A DNA stretch of 64,000 nt from Cryomorpha ignava (GCA_040391235.1 JBEBYG010000016.1:1977-65976); one strand, 5' to 3'. Numbered from the stretch's first letter, positions 10,262 to 20,771 are shown. Notes: generated by a model from the letters alone, not told the origin. Made by a program: numbers and translations.

Positions 10262-11646
10262 GGCGCGTGCTTACACGCCACAGCCGTGGCCCCCACTTGC
10301 TTGTGCAGGCAGGTACCGATGGCGCACGAAAGGCATTTCCGCTCTGCACAATAATTCTTCTTCAGCTCGATCAGGGCTTGCCCCTGTGCAGCATTCTCGG
10401 CCCGGATGCCCACATCGGACCAGATGTCCAGGATGCTGTTCTGCTCTGCGGGCAGTTGCTCCATCAACTTCAAGGCACGATCCATCCAAGGCTGATGGCC
10501 CCGGATGCGGCCCATGGCGAAGAGGTAAGGCACGATGCTATTGATGATGAGGCCATCCGCTGTGGACCGGCCTAAGCGCTTAGGCCGGGTCCCCGAAGGA
10601 TGATCGAAGCGGTAGTGGTCCAGCCAGTATTCACCGGGTTCAACTTCCAACAAGGCGCGAATGGCTTCCGCATCATCCTGTTCCAAAAGACACCCGTATG
10701 CATCATTGCTCCCGGTGATAAAGGCCGCCCACTGGGCCAAGCGCACCGTAGGGAAATTGGCGGGCCGCATGCGACCGAACTTCCAAGCGGCCACAGGCAC
10801 CGGACGCAGGCCATGCAAGCGCGCCAAGTGAGCATGCTCTTGCTGCAAGCGCTGCGGATGAGCATCGGTGAATGCTTCATCCAAGAACCCGGCTTGGCCA
10901 AAGAGCAAGGCTTCTGTACGGGCGGGATCATCGCGGTATTTGAGCAACAGCTTCACTGGCAAGGCATGGGCCAGCATACCGAAGGGTTCGGCATTCACAT
11001 TTCCGCCGAGCCCGCGTAACAGCATGTGGTGAAAGGTCTCGGCAGCATCGTTTCCCAGTCTTGTGTATAGCGCCTCCACCTCGGTGGTCTTTCGTTCCAA
11101 ACGCTCCACCAGCAAACGCTCCAGCCAGATGCGGATTCGCGCTGCATCCACCTCCTGGATCCGGGGCGCACACGGTACGGGGTCGCGGCCGCTCATCAAA
11201 GCTTGGTGCAGGTGTAGGTTCTCCGTATTGATGCGCGCACGCAACTCCACGGTGGCCGGACAGCGGCCCTCCTGCGTTCGGATCTCGGCATCGTGCAGGT
11301 ACACCGTGTGAAGCACCACGTTATTGTAGGCAGGGTCGTGTTGGTGACCATGCGCATTCCATTCACTGGCTCGCAGATGAACCTCCACATTGCCCGCCCA
11401 GAGTTGCTCGCCGATGCGCACCAAGGCATCCCGCAGATCGGGACCGCTGTTCATCTGGATCCGTCCCGCCTTCAGCACTTCCACCGCTTCGCCTTCCGTG
11501 GTGTGGAGGTTCTCACCGTCATACAGCCCGGCTTCCCAAATGAACTGGAGCAAGTCTTCGCCGTACGGGAAGGCAGGGTCCAACAAAAGATCGTCAGCAC
11601 TGGGCGCGATCGTTCTTTCCAAAATGGCTATTTCCCCTACCTCCAT
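10258..11646 (-). CDS. DUF2851 family protein
   Basis: N-terminal 'LLQFIWEAGLY' and the ~460 aa architecture typical of Bacteroidota DUF2851. Convergent with the vWA gene, with a 4-nt overlap. Confidence 0.55.
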   Translation of the reverse strand: MEVGEIAILERTIAPSADDLLLDPAFPYGEDLLQFIWEAGLYDGENLHTTEGEAVEVLKAGRIQMNSGPDLRDALVRIGEQLWAGNVEVHLRASEWNAHGHQHDPAYNNVVLHTVYLHDAEIRTQEGRCPATVELRARINTENLHLHQALMSGRDPVPCAPRIQEVDAARIRIWLERLLVERLERKTTEVEALYTRLGNDAAETFHHMLLRGLGGNVNAEPFGMLAHALPVKLLLKYRDDPARTEALLFGQAGFLDEAFTDAHPQRLQQEHAHLARLHGLRPVPVAAWKFGRMRPANFPTVRLAQWAAFITGSNDAYGCLLEQDDAEAIRALLEVEPGEYWLDHYRFDHPSGTRPKRLGRSTADGLIINSIVPYLFAMGRIRGHQPWMDRALKLMEQLPAEQNSILDIWSDVGIRAENAAQGQALIELKKNYCAERKCLSCAIGTCLHKQVGATAVACKHAP

Positions 11647-11714
11647 GACGGCTTTTTCGGCGATCCAACGTCGATAAGGTACCGTTCATTTTTCCGATCA
11701 TCGGGGATAAGTAT

Positions 11715-11768
11715 GCTGATTCCTGATTCGTGGCCAGGTCGCTTGGCCCACAGGAATCAGGAATCAGC
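11715..11768. promoter_or_regulatory. Perfect 15-bp inverted repeat (stem-loop) downstream of pyrF
   Basis: 'gctgattcctgattc' ... 24 nt ... 'gaatcaggaatcagc'. Seen directly in the sequence. No clear U-tract follows. Confidence 0.5.
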
Positions 11769-11795
11769 AATAAAAGAAGGACCTCGTTACTCAAT

Positions 11796-12629
11796 TCACT
11801 CCACCACCCCTCGCTCGCGCAAGGCGGCTTCCATGGTCCGCTGCAGCGCTCTGGCCGCTTCCGTCGCCATGGGGATCGCTTGGTCTTCCTTGCCCGCATA
11901 GAGGATGCCACGGGAGCTGTTGATCAGCATGCCGCCGTCCTTGGTCATGCCTTCGCGTAATACCCCTTCGAGGTCTCCGCCTTGTGCACCTATGCCCGGT
12001 ACCAACAGAAAGTAGTCCGGGGCCATGGCGCGGGCCTGTCTCAAGATCTCCGGTCGTGTGGCACCCGCGACGAACATCAGTTCATCCGGCCCACCCAGTT
12101 CTGCCGCGCGTTCCATCACCCGCTCGAAGAGCCGCTGTCTCCCGTCTTCCACCGGAAGGAACTGAAAGTCCAACGCGCCTTCATTGCTCGTGATGGCCAA
12201 AACGATGGCCCATTTGCCCGGCCTGCCCAGAAAAGGCGTGATGCTGTCGCTGCCCATGTAGGGCGCCACGGTCACCGCGTCAAAATCCAAATGGTCGAAG
12301 AAGGCCTCTGCATACTTGCGGGCGGTGTTGCCGATGTCGCCGCGCTTGGCATCGGCGATGATCAGGCAATCGCCCAAGCTCCGGATGTAGGCCACCGTGC
12401 TCTCCAGATCGCGCCAGCCCGCTGCCCCATTGGCTTCATAAAAGGCCAGGTTCAGCTTGTAGGCCACAGCCAAGTGGTTGGTGGCTTGGATTATGGCGTG
12501 GTTGTAGGCGCGCACCGGATCGTGCAGGGTGCGGAAACGCTGTGGCAACAGGTGCAGTTCCGTGTCCAAGCCCACGCACAGAAGGCTTCGCTTCCGCTTG
12601 ATAATGGCAATGAGTTCCTTTCGTGTCAT
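11796..12629 (-). CDS. pyrF: Orotidine-5'-phosphate decarboxylase (type 2)
   Basis: 'LCVGLD' motif and type-2 OMP decarboxylase length. Start set at 'MTRKELIAI' (ATG at 12627-12629). Confidence 0.8.
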   Translation of the reverse strand: MTRKELIAIIKRKRSLLCVGLDTELHLLPQRFRTLHDPVRAYNHAIIQATNHLAVAYKLNLAFYEANGAAGWRDLESTVAYIRSLGDCLIIADAKRGDIGNTARKYAEAFFDHLDFDAVTVAPYMGSDSITPFLGRPGKWAIVLAITSNEGALDFQFLPVEDGRQRLFERVMERAAELGGPDELMFVAGATRPEILRQARAMAPDYFLLVPGIGAQGGDLEGVLREGMTKDGGMLINSSRGILYAGKEDQAIPMATEAARALQRTMEAALRERGVVE

Positions 12630-12710
12630 ATGCGGGTCACACTGGATCCAGCCCCAAAGGACGCGATTCGTGCGCAACATCCATGTATGTAAAAGTGGAG
12701 ATCCTGTTAA

Positions 12711-14090
12711 ATGAGAAAGGATGAACTGTTCTTCCCTCAGAAGGACCGCCTGCCGCCCTCCCCGCTACATTTGGCCGCAATGGCGGGTATCCTGCTCACA
12801 TGCGGCTACGTCGCACTCTTCCTTTACCTGATCGGGCGTTGGCACTTCTTCGATGTGCCGGGCCTGTGCAGGCGCTCCATCGGCGCGCTGTTCTTGCTGA
12901 AGGTGGCCGCCGGCACCGTGCTCTGGTGGATCTACACCCATTACTACACCGACCGTTCCACTGCGGACATCTTCAAGTTCTTTGATGATGGCAACGTGAT
13001 GTTCAGCGCATTGCCGAAGCATCCGTTGGATTATCTGCAGATGCTCACGGGCATCGGCAATGACGCACCTCGGTTCGATGAGCGCTACTACACGGTGATG
13101 AACCACTGGTACCGCCGCTATGACACGGGCTACTACAACGATGCCCATACCATGATCCGCTACAGCGCGCTGGTGCGCTTGTTCTCCTTTGGGGTTTACC
13201 ATGTGCATACGGTCTTCTCCGCTTTCCTTTCCTTGATCGGGCTGGTGGCCTTGTACAAAACCTGCATCGCATTCGTACCCGGTTTGGGCCGCGCTTTGAT
13301 GGTCGGCTTGTTCCTCTGGCCCAGCGTGCTCTTCTGGGGAAGCGCACCCATTAAGGAAGCCCTGCTCTTCTTGGGCCTCGGGCTGTTCCTGCTATACCTG
13401 TTCCGACGCATGAACGGCCCCCTGCCATGGAGCGGCTGGGTGTTGATGCTCCTCGGGCTCCTGATCCAGCTTGGGCTGAAATCCTATGTACTGGCGTGCA
13501 TGGTACCCGGCTTGGCGGCGCTCTGGTGGTGCCGCCGCACCGGCGACCGCCATGCGTTACTGAAATTCGGGGCTGTGCATCTGCTTGCAGCTTTGGCCGT
13601 TGGTGCCATTCCTCTGGTTTTCCCGAGCTTGGATGTATTTGCGATCCTCTACCAGAAGCAACGCGACATGCTCGGCTTGGTGGCGGCAATGGAGCCCGGT
13701 AGCTATATCCCTACCACGCTCATGGAACCCAGCCTCCTCGGCTTGATCAAACAGGTGCCGCACGCGTTGTTCCTCACGTTCATCTCTCCGCTGGTCACGT
13801 GGAACGTTGGGGCACTGGGGCTCATGGGGGCGCTTGAGAACGTGTTGCTGTTGGCCTTGATCCCGATCGCGATCTTCTTTGCCAAACCCTGGTCCCGGAT
13901 CGATCTTCCGATGTTCCTCTATTGCGTGGCATTCTGCCTGATCCTCGGCTTGCTGATCGGATGGACCACACCGGTAGTGGGCGCCTTGATGCGCTATCGG
14001 GTACCGATGCTCCCCTTCTTTTCCCTAGCGCTCCTGCTGATCGTGGACCCGCACAAATTGGCTCGTTGGCCACTATTCCGAACATCATGA
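12711..14090 (+). CDS. Polytopic membrane protein of unknown function
   Basis: At least 10 hydrophobic helices. No family motif recognised. Overlaps the downstream amidohydrolase start in an ATGA arrangement. Confidence 0.45.
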   Translation: MRKDELFFPQKDRLPPSPLHLAAMAGILLTCGYVALFLYLIGRWHFFDVPGLCRRSIGALFLLKVAAGTVLWWIYTHYYTDRSTADIFKFFDDGNVMFSALPKHPLDYLQMLTGIGNDAPRFDERYYTVMNHWYRRYDTGYYNDAHTMIRYSALVRLFSFGVYHVHTVFSAFLSLIGLVALYKTCIAFVPGLGRALMVGLFLWPSVLFWGSAPIKEALLFLGLGLFLLYLFRRMNGPLPWSGWVLMLLGLLIQLGLKSYVLACMVPGLAALWWCRRTGDRHALLKFGAVHLLAALAVGAIPLVFPSLDVFAILYQKQRDMLGLVAAMEPGSYIPTTLMEPSLLGLIKQVPHALFLTFISPLVTWNVGALGLMGALENVLLLALIPIAIFFAKPWSRIDLPMFLYCVAFCLILGLLIGWTTPVVGALMRYRVPMLPFFSLALLLIVDPHKLARWPLFRTS

Positions 14091-15730
14091 AGATCCTCAT
14101 CCCTACCCTGCTGGCTGCAGCCGTTCTGCTGAATGCCTGTGCCTACAAGAACAAGGAGGCCGATCTGGTGGTGCGCAACGCCCGGATCATAAGCATGGAT
14201 GAATCGGGCACCACGTATACCGCCATGGCGATCAAGGACGGCCGCATTTTGGAGCTTGGGGCCGAATACCAGATCCTGAACCGCTACCGGGCGAAAGAGA
14301 CGGTGGACGCCGGTACGCGCATCATCTATCCCGGCTTCATCGATGGGCACTGCCATTTCCTGGGCTATGGGCTGAACAAACAGAAGGTGAACCTCTCCGG
14401 TGCGAAGAGCTGGAGCGAGGTGCTTCGCCGCATCGAGGCCTATGCCACGAAACATCCGGGAACGGGCTGGATACTCGGGCGCGGCTGGGACCAGAACCTC
14501 TGGGCGGACAAGACCAACCCGACGAACGATAGCCTCAACATCCTTTTTCCCGATCGTCCGGTGCTGCTGCAACGCGTGGATGGACATGCCGCTGTGGTGA
14601 ACCAAAAGGCACTGGACAGCGCAAAGCTGACCGCCGAAAGCACCATTGCCGGTGGGTTGTTGGGGAAGAAGAACGGCAAGCTCACGGGCCTGCTCGTGGA
14701 CAACGCCGTGAGCGTGTTCCAACAGATCTTCAACGATACCGATGAGGCCACCAAACGCCAAGCCCTGCTGGATGCCCAGCGCGACTGCTTTGCCGCGGGG
14801 CTCACCATGGTCTGCGATGCGGGTTTGGACGCAGGCACCATCGACCTGATGAAACGGATGAACGAGGAAGGCACCTTGAAGATCCGGGTGTACGCCATGC
14901 TGGCCGATGACAGCTTGAACTTCCAGCGCTATGCGGGCGGCCCCTTCATCAGCGACCGCTTGATCGTGCGCGCGGTGAAGTGCTATGCCGACGGCGCATT
15001 GGGCTCCCGGGGCGCCCTGCTGCTGAAGCCTTATAGCGATGACCCGGAGGCGGGCCATGGCTTGCAGCTCGCTACCCGCGAGCACTTCTTAAAAGTGGCC
15101 CAATGGTGCAAGGACAAGGGGTTCCAAATGGCGACCCACTGCATTGGCGATAGTGCGAACCGGCTCTTGCTGGGTGTTTACGGCGAGGTACTTCAAGGCA
15201 CCAACGACCTGCGCTGGCGGATCGAACACGCCCAGTGCATGGATCCATCGGACTTCGACCTGTTCGGCAAGAACAACGTGATCCCCAGCGTGCAACCCAC
15301 CCATGCTACCAGCGATATGCTGTGGGCTGTGGATCGCCTCGGGCCTGAAAGGATCACCAACGCCTACGCTTGGAAACGGCTGATGCAACAGAACGGCATG
15401 CTGGCCGTGGGAACGGATTTTCCGGTGGAAGGGATCGATCCGCTGAAAACCTTCTATGCCGCAGTGGTCCGGAAGAATGACGCGGGCATTCCCCCGGAAG
15501 GCTTTCAAATGAAGGACGCCCTCAGCCGGGAGGAAGCCCTGCGCGGAATGACGATCTGGAATGCCCTGTCGACCTTCACCGAAAAGGACCTCGGCAGCCT
15601 GGAAGTGGGTAAGCGGGCGGATTTTATCGTTGTGGACCGCGACCTGCTGCAAACGGATGCAGACCAATTGCTAAAAGCCAAAGTGTTGGCCACTTACGTC
15701 AACGGCGAAGCGGTCTGGTCCGAGCTTTAA
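14087..15730 (+). CDS. Amidohydrolase family protein (Amidohydro_3-like), lipoprotein
   Basis: Start set at 'MKILIPTLLAAAVLLNACA' (lipobox), which overlaps the upstream stop as ATGA. 'PGFIDGHCHF' metal-binding motif. Confidence 0.8.
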   Translation: MKILIPTLLAAAVLLNACAYKNKEADLVVRNARIISMDESGTTYTAMAIKDGRILELGAEYQILNRYRAKETVDAGTRIIYPGFIDGHCHFLGYGLNKQKVNLSGAKSWSEVLRRIEAYATKHPGTGWILGRGWDQNLWADKTNPTNDSLNILFPDRPVLLQRVDGHAAVVNQKALDSAKLTAESTIAGGLLGKKNGKLTGLLVDNAVSVFQQIFNDTDEATKRQALLDAQRDCFAAGLTMVCDAGLDAGTIDLMKRMNEEGTLKIRVYAMLADDSLNFQRYAGGPFISDRLIVRAVKCYADGALGSRGALLLKPYSDDPEAGHGLQLATREHFLKVAQWCKDKGFQMATHCIGDSANRLLLGVYGEVLQGTNDLRWRIEHAQCMDPSDFDLFGKNNVIPSVQPTHATSDMLWAVDRLGPERITNAYAWKRLMQQNGMLAVGTDFPVEGIDPLKTFYAAVVRKNDAGIPPEGFQMKDALSREEALRGMTIWNALSTFTEKDLGSLEVGKRADFIVVDRDLLQTDADQLLKAKVLATYVNGEAVWSEL

Positions 15731-16326
15731 ATTGTTGATAGGACTGATCGCTGGTTCGCCTCCACTTTGGCCAACGTGCGTTCTGCCTGCAGGAAGTGAC
15801 GTGCTTGGTGTGCCACCATGAAACGGAAAGCATCGCCGATCTTGAACCTGAAGATCGGACCCAACGTGCTGGTGACCTTCGGCCCTTCCCAGCCCATGGA
15901 GCGTGCACGCTCCAGTAGGACAAGCTGCTCCTCGAGCATGGCTTGAAACTCCTGAAGGCTTGTCCTCCCCTTTGCTGCTGCGGCCTTCGGCTCAAAGAGC
16001 CAGATCGTCCGCATCGGCTTGGGGATGGTACCGTCCGCAAGAGGCTGCATGCTGCTCGTGAAACTCTCGCCCCAGCGTCCGGGAGTGAACTCGGCATTCA
16101 AACCCAAGGCTTTCCCTTTGGCGTAGATCCGGCGCAACCGACGGGTGTAATGCCCACCGCTGATATTGAGATGCTCGATCACCTCCAACACGCTCCACGA
16201 GCGCGGTGCCGGTCGCTCCTCCAAGTGCTCAAGGGGCAATTCAGCCCATGTCTTGAGGTGCTTGAGTTGATCTTGTACCGAGGCCTTCATCTCGTCGATC
16301 AAGCGGGAAGTGTTCTTTGTTTCCAT
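15727..16326 (-). CDS. DinB-family (DinB_2) protein
   Basis: 'WSVLEVIEHL' DinB/YfiT-like helical bundle pattern. Start set at 'METKNTS'. Confidence 0.55.
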   Translation of the reverse strand: METKNTSRLIDEMKASVQDQLKHLKTWAELPLEHLEERPAPRSWSVLEVIEHLNISGGHYTRRLRRIYAKGKALGLNAEFTPGRWGESFTSSMQPLADGTIPKPMRTIWLFEPKAAAAKGRTSLQEFQAMLEEQLVLLERARSMGWEGPKVTSTLGPIFRFKIGDAFRFMVAHQARHFLQAERTLAKVEANQRSVLSTI

Positions 16327-16383
16327 GGGGTGCAAAGCAAGTGTGGGGTGATACCGGAGGCACTTGACCTGTGTCAAGAACGC

Positions 16384-16947
16384 TCACTTCCGGGCACGCA
16401 AGCGGCTGAAGGTTTCGGCGCTCATGCCGAGATAGCTGGCGATGTCCTTTTGCGGTACCAGCTGCAAGAGGTGCGGGCTTCTTAGCATCAGGCGATCATA
16501 TCGCTCTTGAGCACTCATCGTGAGCTGCTCCACCTCGCGGATGGCACGCCCTACGAACACTTCTTCAAGCATCAAGCGCCCAAAGCGTTCCAACTTCGGA
16601 ACCTGCACGTAGAGCCGCTCCAGGTCTGCATGTTCAATGGAGACCAGCACACTGGGCGTTACCGCCTGTAGCACGAACCGGCTCGGGCTTTGGGTCACGA
16701 AGGAATCAAAAATGCCACTCCAACTTCCTCCGTAGGCAAAGCCGATGCAAGCCTCTTGTCCATCGTGATCGAAATAGATCCGCTGCACGCCTTCCTTCAC
16801 AACGCTGAACCGGCGTTCCACTTGACCCGTCGCCGTGATGATGGTGCCTTTAGGGTAGGTGTGCTCTCGCCAATGACCGAGCACCTCTGCCCATTCCTCC
16901 TCAGAAAGCTCGACGTACCGTGCGATGGCGCTCCTCACCACTTCCAT
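16384..16947 (-). CDS. Crp/Fnr-family transcriptional regulator (cNMP-binding + HTH)
   Basis: cNMP-binding-like N-terminus and a C-terminal HTH ('DIASYLGMSAETFSRLRARK'). Start at the ATG 2 nt downstream of the patatin stop. Confidence 0.7.
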   Translation of the reverse strand: MEVVRSAIARYVELSEEEWAEVLGHWREHTYPKGTIITATGQVERRFSVVKEGVQRIYFDHDGQEACIGFAYGGSWSGIFDSFVTQSPSRFVLQAVTPSVLVSIEHADLERLYVQVPKLERFGRLMLEEVFVGRAIREVEQLTMSAQERYDRLMLRSPHLLQLVPQKDIASYLGMSAETFSRLRARK

Positions 16948-16949
16948 GC

Positions 16950-17702
16950 TCACTCTGCGGCACTGAGCACCTCCTTTGTCCAAGCATGGCCGATCGCAAC
17001 TATTTCCTCCATCTTGCTCAGTTCAAACATGTTGAACCGCGACAGATCCGTCGGTTCGATGAACAGACCGCAGCCCTTTGCGGACCGTATCACCATCTCC
17101 CGGAAGATCAAATGCCAGATCCGGTCCATTGTGGTGAGCATGCCCTGCTTACCGGGCACGTAAGTGGGTAGGGAATTCACATGCACGGCGATCACTTGGT
17201 CCTTGAACGCCATGAAAGGTTCCACCGGCAAGTTGCTGCTGACCCCTCCGTCCACATAGTGCACGCCGCCCACCTGTACAGGAGGAAAAATCAGTGGTAT
17301 GGCACAAGAGGCCATGAGCGCAGGCACCAGTTCCCCACTGCTGAAGATATGCTGTCCACCCTTCTCCAGGTCCGTGGCAGAGACATACAAGGGAATAGGC
17401 AGATCTTCGAAAAGCTCATGCCGCAAATTACGCCGCATGAACTTTTCGATACGCTTGGAAACCAAGGACGGGCGCCGGATAAAGCGCCTGCGATCCTTCA
17501 ACTCCTCGCGTATGAGTTCCGTTGCTTCAGCGGGGGTCCACCCATCCGCGATCAAGGCCCCCACCAATGCGCCTGCACTGCTACCGGAGATGACGCTGGG
17601 CACGATCCCCGCCTCCTCAAAGGCTCGCAGCACGCCCAAGTGGGCAACGCCCCGAATGCCACCGCCTGAAAGCACGAAGGGTCGCTTCTTCATCCGATGC
17701 AA
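16950..17702 (-). CDS. Patatin-like phospholipase
   Basis: 'VLSGGGIRGVAHLGVL' oxyanion motif, 'GSSAG' nucleophile elbow and a 'DGG' catalytic Asp motif. Confidence 0.8.
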   Translation of the reverse strand: MHRMKKRPFVLSGGGIRGVAHLGVLRAFEEAGIVPSVISGSSAGALVGALIADGWTPAEATELIREELKDRRRFIRRPSLVSKRIEKFMRRNLRHELFEDLPIPLYVSATDLEKGGQHIFSSGELVPALMASCAIPLIFPPVQVGGVHYVDGGVSSNLPVEPFMAFKDQVIAVHVNSLPTYVPGKQGMLTTMDRIWHLIFREMVIRSAKGCGLFIEPTDLSRFNMFELSKMEEIVAIGHAWTKEVLSAAE

Positions 17703-17718
17703 TTAAACGCTCGCAGCG

Positions 17719-20292
17719 CTACTCCTTTATGAAACGTAGGCCGTTTGCTGCAGGCAGTTCGCGCAAGTGCAATACGTACATCCCTGCAGTCAGGTCCTTA
17801 ACGGAGATCACAACTGAAGCTCCGTTCACCGTACCGCGTTGCACGCTGCGTCCGCTCACATCCACGATCTCATAGGCCAGTTCACCCGCGGCAGGGTTCA
17901 AACCACGCAGGTTCAGCTGATCCACCACAGGTACTGGCCAGAGCTGCAGCTGCGTGGGCACCTTTTCCACAAGCCCTACGGAGAAGATGAAGATCGTGTC
18001 CGAATTCGCGGAGCATCCTACGCTGTCCGTGATGTGAACGAAGTAATGGCCATTCTCCTCCACCTCATACTGCTGGTCTTCGGCTCCCGGTATGGGCAGG
18101 GTTTCCTGATACCATTGGTACGAAGTGGCTGAGGTACTCTCCAAGGTCAGGCCGTCCGTCGTGATGGTCACCTGTGGCAGCGGATTGGACACCACGATCA
18201 GTGTATCGCTGGTGCCCTTGCACCCCTCGGGTGTTTCCACTGTGAGGAACAGGGTATCTCCGGTGGTCCAAACATCGCGCTGCTGCGCACCGGTGTTCCA
18301 CCAATAGCGATACATGAAATCCGGGCCGGACACCAGGGCACTATCCCCTTCGCAAAGGCCTTGATGGGTGAGCGGCACGTCCACATTGGTGGCTACCAAC
18401 GCGGCAAAGGCATTCACCTTGCCATATCCGAAACTGACATTGGGTACGGCGCCGGTGGCTGTGTCGGAGAAGGCCGTCCCCAGGATGGCATCACGGACCA
18501 TGATGTTCGTGGCACGCGGACACTTTTCCAACAGCAACGCCGCTGTGCCGGCTACCACGGGCGAGGCAATGGAGGTCCCGCCATTGCGCATATGCAGGCT
18601 GTCGATCAGTTTAGCGGGATCATTGATCACGAAATATGCGAGGATCGGCAGCGGGCCCGCCCCGAAGGTGACATCGCCCGGTGCGGCCACATCGGGTTTC
18701 ACCACGCCCAGTCTTGATGGGCCGCGACTGCTGGTGGGGCTGATGAACCCGGTAACACTCCCAATGTCACGGGCTACTCCGCTAACATCCACGTATTGCT
18801 GCTGGTTGTTGTAATTGGCAACTGTGATCACCTGTGGCGAACACGCCCAAGAGTCCACCATGCTCTGCTCATTATCGGGGAGTACATACCGGGCAATGTC
18901 AGGAAAATCCGCACTATCGGGGACTGACAAGATCATCCTCGAGGTACCGAAAACATCCGTGCTCCACACATCGAAGAGACCCGATCCGGTGGTGATGAAC
19001 CGGTAATACAGTTGGGCCGCGGAATCCGGCTGTGGGATGTAGACCTCCATGTGGTACTGCCCGCCACGTAATTGGGCCTGAGTGAATACCCGTCCGAGCT
19101 TATTGCCATCCACGGACCATAACGTATCCACCATGATCTGGCCCAAGGTGCCTTGGATGTTCCGGAATGGGATCCGGCCCCTGAAGGAGTATCCACCGAT
19201 CCACTTATCGGCTCCAATGCTATACTGCACCTGACGAAAATCCGCTGTGTCCGCCCAAAGGTCGAAATACACGGCCCCCACGTTCATCACACTATTGGCG
19301 TTGTAGGCGAACCACGTGAAGTTGGTATCCGCAGTGACGGTAGTGCGCAAATGATAAGGGGGCAGGTTGCCGCTGTTACCCGCGGCACATACCAGGACCC
19401 GACCGGGCTGCTCTGTGAGCATCTGATCGATCATCCGTGCTGCCGGATCCAATCCATCATGGCTACCGTAGTAACTGCCCAAGCTGAGGTTAATGGCCAC
19501 CGGCCGCCCCAGCATGGCCGCTTGCTCAATGATGTATCGCACAGCATCCACCACGGAGCTGTTCCAATTGTTGTGGCTGAGGTCGTTCGCAACAATGATG
19601 AAGTTCGCCTTGGGTGCCACTCCTTCGCAGTGTCCATTGCCATTGTTGTTGGCAGCTGCCGTGGCAGCTACCGTGGAACCATGGCCATTCTGGCTCAGCG
19701 GATCTACTGCGGGGCAATCCCCTGCATTGATGGCCGCGCTATCCCACGCCTGACCGTACGTATAGCCGGAAGGCGTGAGCCAAGGGTCGTACGGGAGGTT
19801 CTGATCCCAATACCGCAAAACACGCGTGCGCCCCAAGCTATCTTGGAAGTCCGGATGCAGGAGTTCCAGTCCGGTGTCGATGATGCCCACCAATACACCC
19901 TCGCCCTGATAGGCCGATGGTAACGGGTACAGACCCTCATGCGCCTCGTTCACATGCGCCTTCACGCGCATGCTGTCATTCAGGGTGTGTCCCTTCGACA
20001 GGTCGAACACGATACTCTGAATAACGGGGTCACGGTCCAACTCCTTCACGCGACTCACCGGTAGAGAGGCTTGCACCCATCCGGTGATGGCCATTTTCAC
20101 CGTTCCTCCGTGGGCGAGCACCACCCGGGAAACGTCCGGCGCATCACCGCCGAGGAACAGGTCGACCTGGGTGGTGGGTTCAGCCGTGGCCAACCAAGCC
20201 TGCAACTGAAAGCCCAATTTGGATGGCCCTTGCGCATAGGTCGCGCACCCGATCACCAGCAGGAGAACGAGCATTGAGTAACGTGATCTCAT
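17719..20292 (-). CDS. S8-family subtilisin-like peptidase with T9SS (type A) C-terminal domain
   Basis: Asp, His and Ser triad motifs are 'GIIDTG', 'HGSTVAA' and 'GGTSIASPVVAG'. Signal peptide. C-terminal 'LQLWPVPVVDQLNL...GMYVLHL' sorting domain. Confidence 0.8.
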   Translation of the reverse strand: MRSRYSMLVLLLVIGCATYAQGPSKLGFQLQAWLATAEPTTQVDLFLGGDAPDVSRVVLAHGGTVKMAITGWVQASLPVSRVKELDRDPVIQSIVFDLSKGHTLNDSMRVKAHVNEAHEGLYPLPSAYQGEGVLVGIIDTGLELLHPDFQDSLGRTRVLRYWDQNLPYDPWLTPSGYTYGQAWDSAAINAGDCPAVDPLSQNGHGSTVAATAAANNNGNGHCEGVAPKANFIIVANDLSHNNWNSSVVDAVRYIIEQAAMLGRPVAINLSLGSYYGSHDGLDPAARMIDQMLTEQPGRVLVCAAGNSGNLPPYHLRTTVTADTNFTWFAYNANSVMNVGAVYFDLWADTADFRQVQYSIGADKWIGGYSFRGRIPFRNIQGTLGQIMVDTLWSVDGNKLGRVFTQAQLRGGQYHMEVYIPQPDSAAQLYYRFITTGSGLFDVWSTDVFGTSRMILSVPDSADFPDIARYVLPDNEQSMVDSWACSPQVITVANYNNQQQYVDVSGVARDIGSVTGFISPTSSRGPSRLGVVKPDVAAPGDVTFGAGPLPILAYFVINDPAKLIDSLHMRNGGTSIASPVVAGTAALLLEKCPRATNIMVRDAILGTAFSDTATGAVPNVSFGYGKVNAFAALVATNVDVPLTHQGLCEGDSALVSGPDFMYRYWWNTGAQQRDVWTTGDTLFLTVETPEGCKGTSDTLIVVSNPLPQVTITTDGLTLESTSATSYQWYQETLPIPGAEDQQYEVEENGHYFVHITDSVGCSANSDTIFIFSVGLVEKVPTQLQLWPVPVVDQLNLRGLNPAAGELAYEIVDVSGRSVQRGTVNGASVVISVKDLTAGMYVLHLRELPAANGLRFIKE

Positions 20293-20303
20293 CGGGGATA
20301 AAG

Positions 20304-20771
20304 TTAGCTGGCGCTGGCAGCGCAGAGTTGTTCATAAGGTGGGACCGTAGGGAGAAACTCAATGCGTCCATCGGCGTGATCGATCCTGCAGCAGAAATGG
20401 ACCAGTCCATTGGTCATCAATAGATAAGGCACCTTGAACACGGTGTTGTAGCGGGCGGCTTGCTCGAAGGTGTTGCGGTCCACTTTCACTCCGGGGGCCT
20501 TGCATTCCACCAGCAACACGGGCTTTCCGCTGCGATCATGTACCACAAGGTCGGCGCGCTTGGTCAGCTTGTTCACCAGAAGTTTGCGTTCCACAGCGAC
20601 CAAGGACAGGGGGCAGCCCACATCCTGCACCAAGTAGTTCAGCACGTGTTGGCGCACCCATTCTTCGGGGGTCAGGGCCACCCAAACACGGCGCACGGGA
20701 TCAAATATGCGTGCCCCCTCCGGCTCGTGTTTAGTTTTGACACCGTGATCGGGCAAGTTCAATGCTTGCAT
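20304..20771 (-). CDS. Type I restriction enzyme HsdR N-terminal-domain protein (orphan)
   Basis: 155 aa with 'EEWVRQHVLNYLV...GCPLSLVAVERKL', characteristic of HSDR_N-domain proteins widespread in Bacteroidota. Confidence 0.55.
   Translation of the reverse strand: MQALNLPDHGVKTKHEPEGARIFDPVRRVWVALTPEEWVRQHVLNYLVQDVGCPLSLVAVERKLLVNKLTKRADLVVHDRSGKPVLLVECKAPGVKVDRNTFEQAARYNTVFKVPYLLMTNGLVHFCCRIDHADGRIEFLPTVPPYEQLCAASAS

Noticed and set aside
13994-15085. 363-aa minus-strand ORF
   Set aside because: Antisense to the amidohydrolase gene, which has clear motifs.
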